Positions 60,191 through 64,000 of a stretch of 64,000 bases of DNA are shown here, in pieces. The DNA is from a virus: positions 32,001 to 96,000 of IMG/VR virus record IMGVR_UViG_3300013132_000025, one strand, 5' to 3'. Each line of letters opens with the position of its first letter. Within the stretch, counting starts at the first letter, position 1. The notes under the pieces are model-generated. The model ran no database searches. It was not told where the DNA came from and saw only the letters and a list, made by a program, of their open reading frames with translations. The position numbers and the translations under genes are program-made.

Positions 60191-60995
60191 TGTTTACACG
60201 CTCATCATTCTGTAGGACGTAACGAACACTCGTCCACTCGGTAGTTGAGAGGCCGAAATGCAAGATGAGTTCGGCCTTAGAAGTCGGCCCATTGTCCTCA
60301 ATAAACTGCACAATGACATTCATCACTTCTGTATCAACAGTCGGCGTCTTGTCCTCAATAACCACTTCATAAGTTCGGCCCGGAACTGTGTAGTTGGTCC
60401 CACGCTTAGTCCCGTTCTTTACTACCTTACCAGACTCAACAGCGGCATTGATTACATCTGAATAAATAGACGCGGGGATAAGGTCTCCAATAGCCTTCTT
60501 GGTTACAGGCTGGTCTGCCTCCTCAACAAAGCGAATAAACTCGTCACGCACCTCGGAGATACGCTCGGCCTTCTCATCGCTCTGCCTACGACCGGGCTTG
60601 TAACGAAGCACACGGCCATACTCATCAACAGGTGCCCCGCGTGCAATCGCGGCTTGGTCTGCACGCTCCTGACACTTAGAAATCCACCCCTCCAAATAAT
60701 CCTCACGGTGCTGCACAGCCTCGTCCTTGGGGAGAGAACGAAGCAACTCCATACGATTGTCGTGAACCTCGTTTAGTTCACCGAAGGGTAGAGTAATCCT
60801 GTCGTTGTCGGATGTAAGAATAGTTGCTTCCTTATCCTGCGCTGCAAGAACAAGAGCGTATCTAAATCCACCCTCGCTGCTCCAAAAACTGATTGTATCG
60901 CCACGAACCGGCGCTTCTTTAGTCTGCATATCATCTCCCTCCTTTGGCTGAATATTACGCTTGCTCAGTTTGCTGCTTGCTCGCTTCTTACCCAT
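60150..60995 (-). CDS. Putative DNA-binding protein with two winged-helix-like repeats
   Basis: Two similar units ending GKVVKNGTKRGTNY and ERVNIEGERRGTRY. Confidence 0.5.
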   Translation of the reverse strand: MGKKRASSKLSKRNIQPKEGDDMQTKEAPVRGDTISFWSSEGGFRYALVLAAQDKEATILTSDNDRITLPFGELNEVHDNRMELLRSLPKDEAVQHREDYLEGWISKCQERADQAAIARGAPVDEYGRVLRYKPGRRQSDEKAERISEVRDEFIRFVEEADQPVTKKAIGDLIPASIYSDVINAAVESGKVVKNGTKRGTNYTVPGRTYEVVIEDKTPTVDTEVMNVIVQFIEDNGPTSKAELILHFGLSTTEWTSVRYVLQNDERVNIEGERRGTRYVRA

Positions 60996-61242
60996 ATAAG
61001 TTACCTACCTAACTATTCGTTGTCAAGGCCTCATCGAAAATCGCGTTTAGACTGTCTGCGATAATATCGCGCTCCTTGGTCAGACACGGCGAACATTGAG
61101 CCTTGGGGTTATACCGAGAGAGGCGGGCATCGCATCGGGTACAATGCCGCGCCTCCGCAGGCTTATCATCTACAAAGTCGAAGGGCACCATATCACCCAT
61201 CATGTTTGCAGGAATAATCTCATCAAATCGCATAATGGCTCC

Positions 61243-61500
61243 TTAGAAAGACTCGGGGTACCAAGTCGAAAGAACCGAGATAATCTGGTTGAGAGAGAAA
61301 GAACCGAACTGATGGTCGGTAAATGCCTCAGTCTCAGTAATGTCCTCAACCTTCCAATCCTGCTTACGCCCACGCTTACCCGTACCGTGGATACGAAAGC
61401 GCCCGTCCTTGGACTCATAGAGTCCCGGCTGGACACGATGAATAGCGCGAGTACGCGGGCGACCCCGGCCCTTCTTAGTCTCAACAGTTGCAGTAGTCAT
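61243..61500 (-). CDS. Small protein with AT-hook motif
   Basis: MTTATVETKKGRGRPRTR; AAGGAGA RBS; TTGCAT-N17-TAAGTT promoter upstream. Confidence 0.55.
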   Translation of the reverse strand: MTTATVETKKGRGRPRTRAIHRVQPGLYESKDGRFRIHGTGKRGRKQDWKVEDITETEAFTDHQFGSFSLNQIISVLSTWYPESF

Positions 61501-61588
61501 ATGCATCTCCTTTAGGTCGTATTGACGTTGTACCAAGTAACTTATCACAGGTACTATAGAGATGCAAGTGTATATGTAATATTATTGC

Positions 61589-61650
61589 GGGGGAGTATAA
61601 ACGCTGACAGCATATAAATCCCGACATAATGGGGGCGTATAAACGCTGAC
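61589..61650 (+). repeat. 20-bp direct repeat containing the TAAACG motif
   Basis: GGGGGAGTATAAACGCTGAC (61589-61608) and GGGGGCGTATAAACGCTGAC (61631-61650). Confidence 0.8.
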
Positions 61651-62085
61651 CTACGAAAGTTCATCGTCAAGAGGCGGGGCGTCGGGGATAGAGCGGATAA
61701 ACTCCTCAACCAACGCTTCTTCTTGCTCACCGACCTTTTCATCCACGCGCTTTTTAAACTCACTTACCCGTGACTGATATTCCTCGGGGAAAAGCGACTG
61801 CATCTGCTCAATAGAAATAATAATAGTCGCCATGGCGCTGGCAAAGTCAGAAAGAGATGATACAACGGTGCGCCCATTTGGCGTTTCCACAATCTCTGCC
61901 AACTCATCTGGGGGAATCTTTGACATTCTTACGTCCACCTCTGAACCAAGGGCGCTAAGGAGGTTGTGAATACCCTCAATGACCACAATCGCCATATCTT
62001 CCATGGTCATTTCTTTGGCGATTTCCCAATTTGCATTGACAATCATTCTTAGTTTGTCAGGCATATCATTGTTTTTATTATGCAT
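61651..62085 (-). CDS. Hypothetical helical protein
   Basis: 144 aa ORF. Confidence 0.55.
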   Translation of the reverse strand: MHNKNNDMPDKLRMIVNANWEIAKEMTMEDMAIVVIEGIHNLLSALGSEVDVRMSKIPPDELAEIVETPNGRTVVSSLSDFASAMATIIISIEQMQSLFPEEYQSRVSEFKKRVDEKVGEQEEALVEEFIRSIPDAPPLDDELS

Positions 62086-62301
62086 AATTAACTAACTAAC
62101 TTTCTAATAGAGAATTTATCTAACTAACTAACTTAAATCATACCCATTTTACGGAACGGAGATGGGCAACCTACAGGGCAAAACCCGTCCATTTCTATAC
62201 GCTCACCGTGAGGGCAGATAAGAAAGAAGTCATATGGGTCAGAGCCTTCTATTTCCCAACCATCAGGCAAAATATCTTGCAAAATATCTATCAAACTATC
62301 T

Positions 62302-62580
62302 TCACTCATCTTCGCCTTCCTGCAAAGAAATTAACAAACTATCTATCTGACTATTTACTGCTGCAAGATTATCCATCATTGCTTTCTTAATCTTATCAGA
62401 ACGGGCTTCATGAAACAACTGCATAAGTTCGTCCCTTTCCAGAAATAGATCAATTAACTTATTTGATAGATATAACTTTTGTTCCGCTATTTCTTTCTCT
62501 TCAAGCGCCTCTGCCATCTTTTTCCATAGATGTTCTGCTTGATAAAAGCGCCACGGGTCTTTTTCTTCTTTTTCACTCAC
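62302..62580 (-). CDS. Hypothetical coiled-coil protein
   Basis: 92 aa ORF. Confidence 0.5.
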   Translation of the reverse strand: MSEKEEKDPWRFYQAEHLWKKMAEALEEKEIAEQKLYLSNKLIDLFLERDELMQLFHEARSDKIKKAMMDNLAAVNSQIDSLLISLQEGEDE

Positions 62581-62843
62581 TTCTCAGGTTTTCGTTCTTT
62601 TCATTAGAAAGAGCCTTGTCTTGTGCAGAACGAGAGGCAAGGCGAAATAAATCCCCATCTGCCTCTGCGGAAGCCCAGATTGAGAGTCCACGCTTTTTGG
62701 TTTTTGCAATAACATGCAACTTATCTCCAGAGATGTGGCATTTACCCGGAGTGTGAGTCTCTGCGTCTTGCCATACCTTCTTGGACTTCCATCCTTTAAT
62801 TTCTTCAGATGGATTGCGTCCTTCTCCCAAGGGGTCCACTTGT

Positions 62844-63728
62844 TTATCCTTCCTGCGTGTTGAATACGTTTGGCGCGACTCTTTGAAGTTGTATACGGAC
62901 AAGTTTTGCAACTTCTTGGAACATTGCATCTGCTTCTGGGGTGTCGCGTTTTTGTAGATATTCATACCAAGACCTAAGATTCCCTGTGATAACCATTTTT
63001 GTCTCTGTGCATTCTGGTAGGATTGCTCTCGCCGCCTCTCGGCTCTGCTTCTTAAGCGCAAAAGATTCCTCCCCAATACTATTGTAAAGATCACTAAGGT
63101 TATCAAAATACTTTTCTCCAACCTCTTCGCCATATTCCAAAAACTCCTTCTCAATATTTTTCTCTCTCCACAAAGCGGGAGGAATAACTAACTCAACCTT
63201 ATCTGGAACAAAAAATCTTTGAGAAAGTTGCGAGTAGTTAAAATGACGGTGCCTGACTTGTTCATGGCTCCAATAACGAGGAACTCTATCAACATAAATT
63301 GAAACATGAGTATGTTCAAGAATTGAATAATGACCAACGTCCATAATATGTTCAAGATATTCAGAAGCGGTTTTTCTGCCTGACTTATCTCCAAAAGACT
63401 GATAACAGACTCTTCCAGCAAAAATCGGCACTTGCTCTTCCAAAGAAGCATCTTCTTCAATCTGATGATTAAAGATTTCTGATAATTCTCTGAAAGGCGA
63501 TGGGTATTTAAATGAATCCCAAAGTGGGCGAGTTGATTGAATTGCAACTACTCGGGGTTTTCCGAAGAAAACGCGGGAATATTTACCCTCAAACACAAGA
63601 CGGGAAACGTCGCCCCAGACTCCTGTAAAAGTATCTTTTTCAACGTATTCTTTAATAGGTGTCCTTCTATCTGATCTAAATAGACTTAAAAAAGATTTCA
63701 TAACTAAAAGGGCCTTCTCATTCCACAT
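62844..63728 (-). CDS. thyX: FAD-dependent thymidylate synthase
   Basis: FAGRVCYQS, GHYSILEH, SHEQVRHRHFNYSQLSQR (RHR-x7-S), REAARAILP, TGNLRSW. Exact start uncertain. Confidence 0.92.
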   Translation of the reverse strand: MWNEKALLVMKSFLSLFRSDRRTPIKEYVEKDTFTGVWGDVSRLVFEGKYSRVFFGKPRVVAIQSTRPLWDSFKYPSPFRELSEIFNHQIEEDASLEEQVPIFAGRVCYQSFGDKSGRKTASEYLEHIMDVGHYSILEHTHVSIYVDRVPRYWSHEQVRHRHFNYSQLSQRFFVPDKVELVIPPALWREKNIEKEFLEYGEEVGEKYFDNLSDLYNSIGEESFALKKQSREAARAILPECTETKMVITGNLRSWYEYLQKRDTPEADAMFQEVAKLVRIQLQRVAPNVFNTQEG

Positions 63729-63985
63729 TCAGAACATCTTGTTAGATAATGACGATGCGGGCCTGAACAATTTGGATCATCGCATCCCCATTCTTGTTTT
63801 GGCAGAGGAGCCTTACCAAAATTTCTTGGAGCAACATTAGAAGAGAACTTACCTTCAAGAATCTTACGCGAATGCATATCTGTTCCAAGATACTTAAGTG
63901 GGCCTGTGGTGGTACCCTCTGGGATACCATCTCTTACGGGGTCCATTACCTTAACTTTGATTGGCTTATCTTTTTTATCGCTCAT
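63704..63985 (-). CDS. Hypothetical protein with Cys/His-rich C-terminus
   Basis: CDDPNC..H..CSECG; AGGAGA RBS. Confidence 0.5.
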   Translation of the reverse strand: MSDKKDKPIKVKVMDPVRDGIPEGTTTGPLKYLGTDMHSRKILEGKFSSNVAPRNFGKAPLPKQEWGCDDPNCSGPHRHYLTRCSECGMRRPF

Positions 63986-64000
63986 CTAACTAACTCTCCT

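Noticed and set aside
43680-61700. TAAACG motif as DnaA boxes or SOS boxes
   Set aside because: Consensus does not fit TT(A/T)TNCACA or GAAC-N4-GTTC; only partial overlap.
62573-63154. 193-aa ORF as given
   Set aside because: Its 5' half overlaps thyX in another frame; only the part below ~62850 is plausibly coding.

Overview
64 kb of a large tailed dsDNA phage with a contractile tail (myovirus); essentially all credible genes are on the minus strand. The structural gene set and order resemble the Bxz1-like actinobacteriophage myoviruses (recalled similarity, not a search result). About 1-29 kb is an AT-rich morphogenesis module: baseplate J/wedge/hub with several peptidoglycan hydrolase domains, tape measure, frameshifted tail chaperone, tube, sheath, neck, major capsid, decoration, protease/scaffold and fibres, with three glycosyltransferases interleaved. 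29.2-38.9 kb encodes a 3216-aa multidomain protein whose modules are separated by a recurring SKWKI(A/S)-type linker, suggesting a protease-processed polyprotein. About 42.3-62.4 kb is a compositionally distinct, GC-richer block of small early-type genes with many sigma70-type promoters, a dense TAAAC(G) motif, no GATC that I could find, a split UvrD helicase, SprT, repeated long hairpins and a palindrome array. Inside it (56.48-56.94 kb, minus strand) is the most striking element: a canonical hammerhead ribozyme followed by a ~300-nt structured non-coding RNA and an atypical tRNA-like structure. thyX lies at the right end. I recognised no terminase, portal, DNA polymerase, integrase or CRISPR array. 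All assignments are from reading motifs by eye; counts and GC values are approximate.
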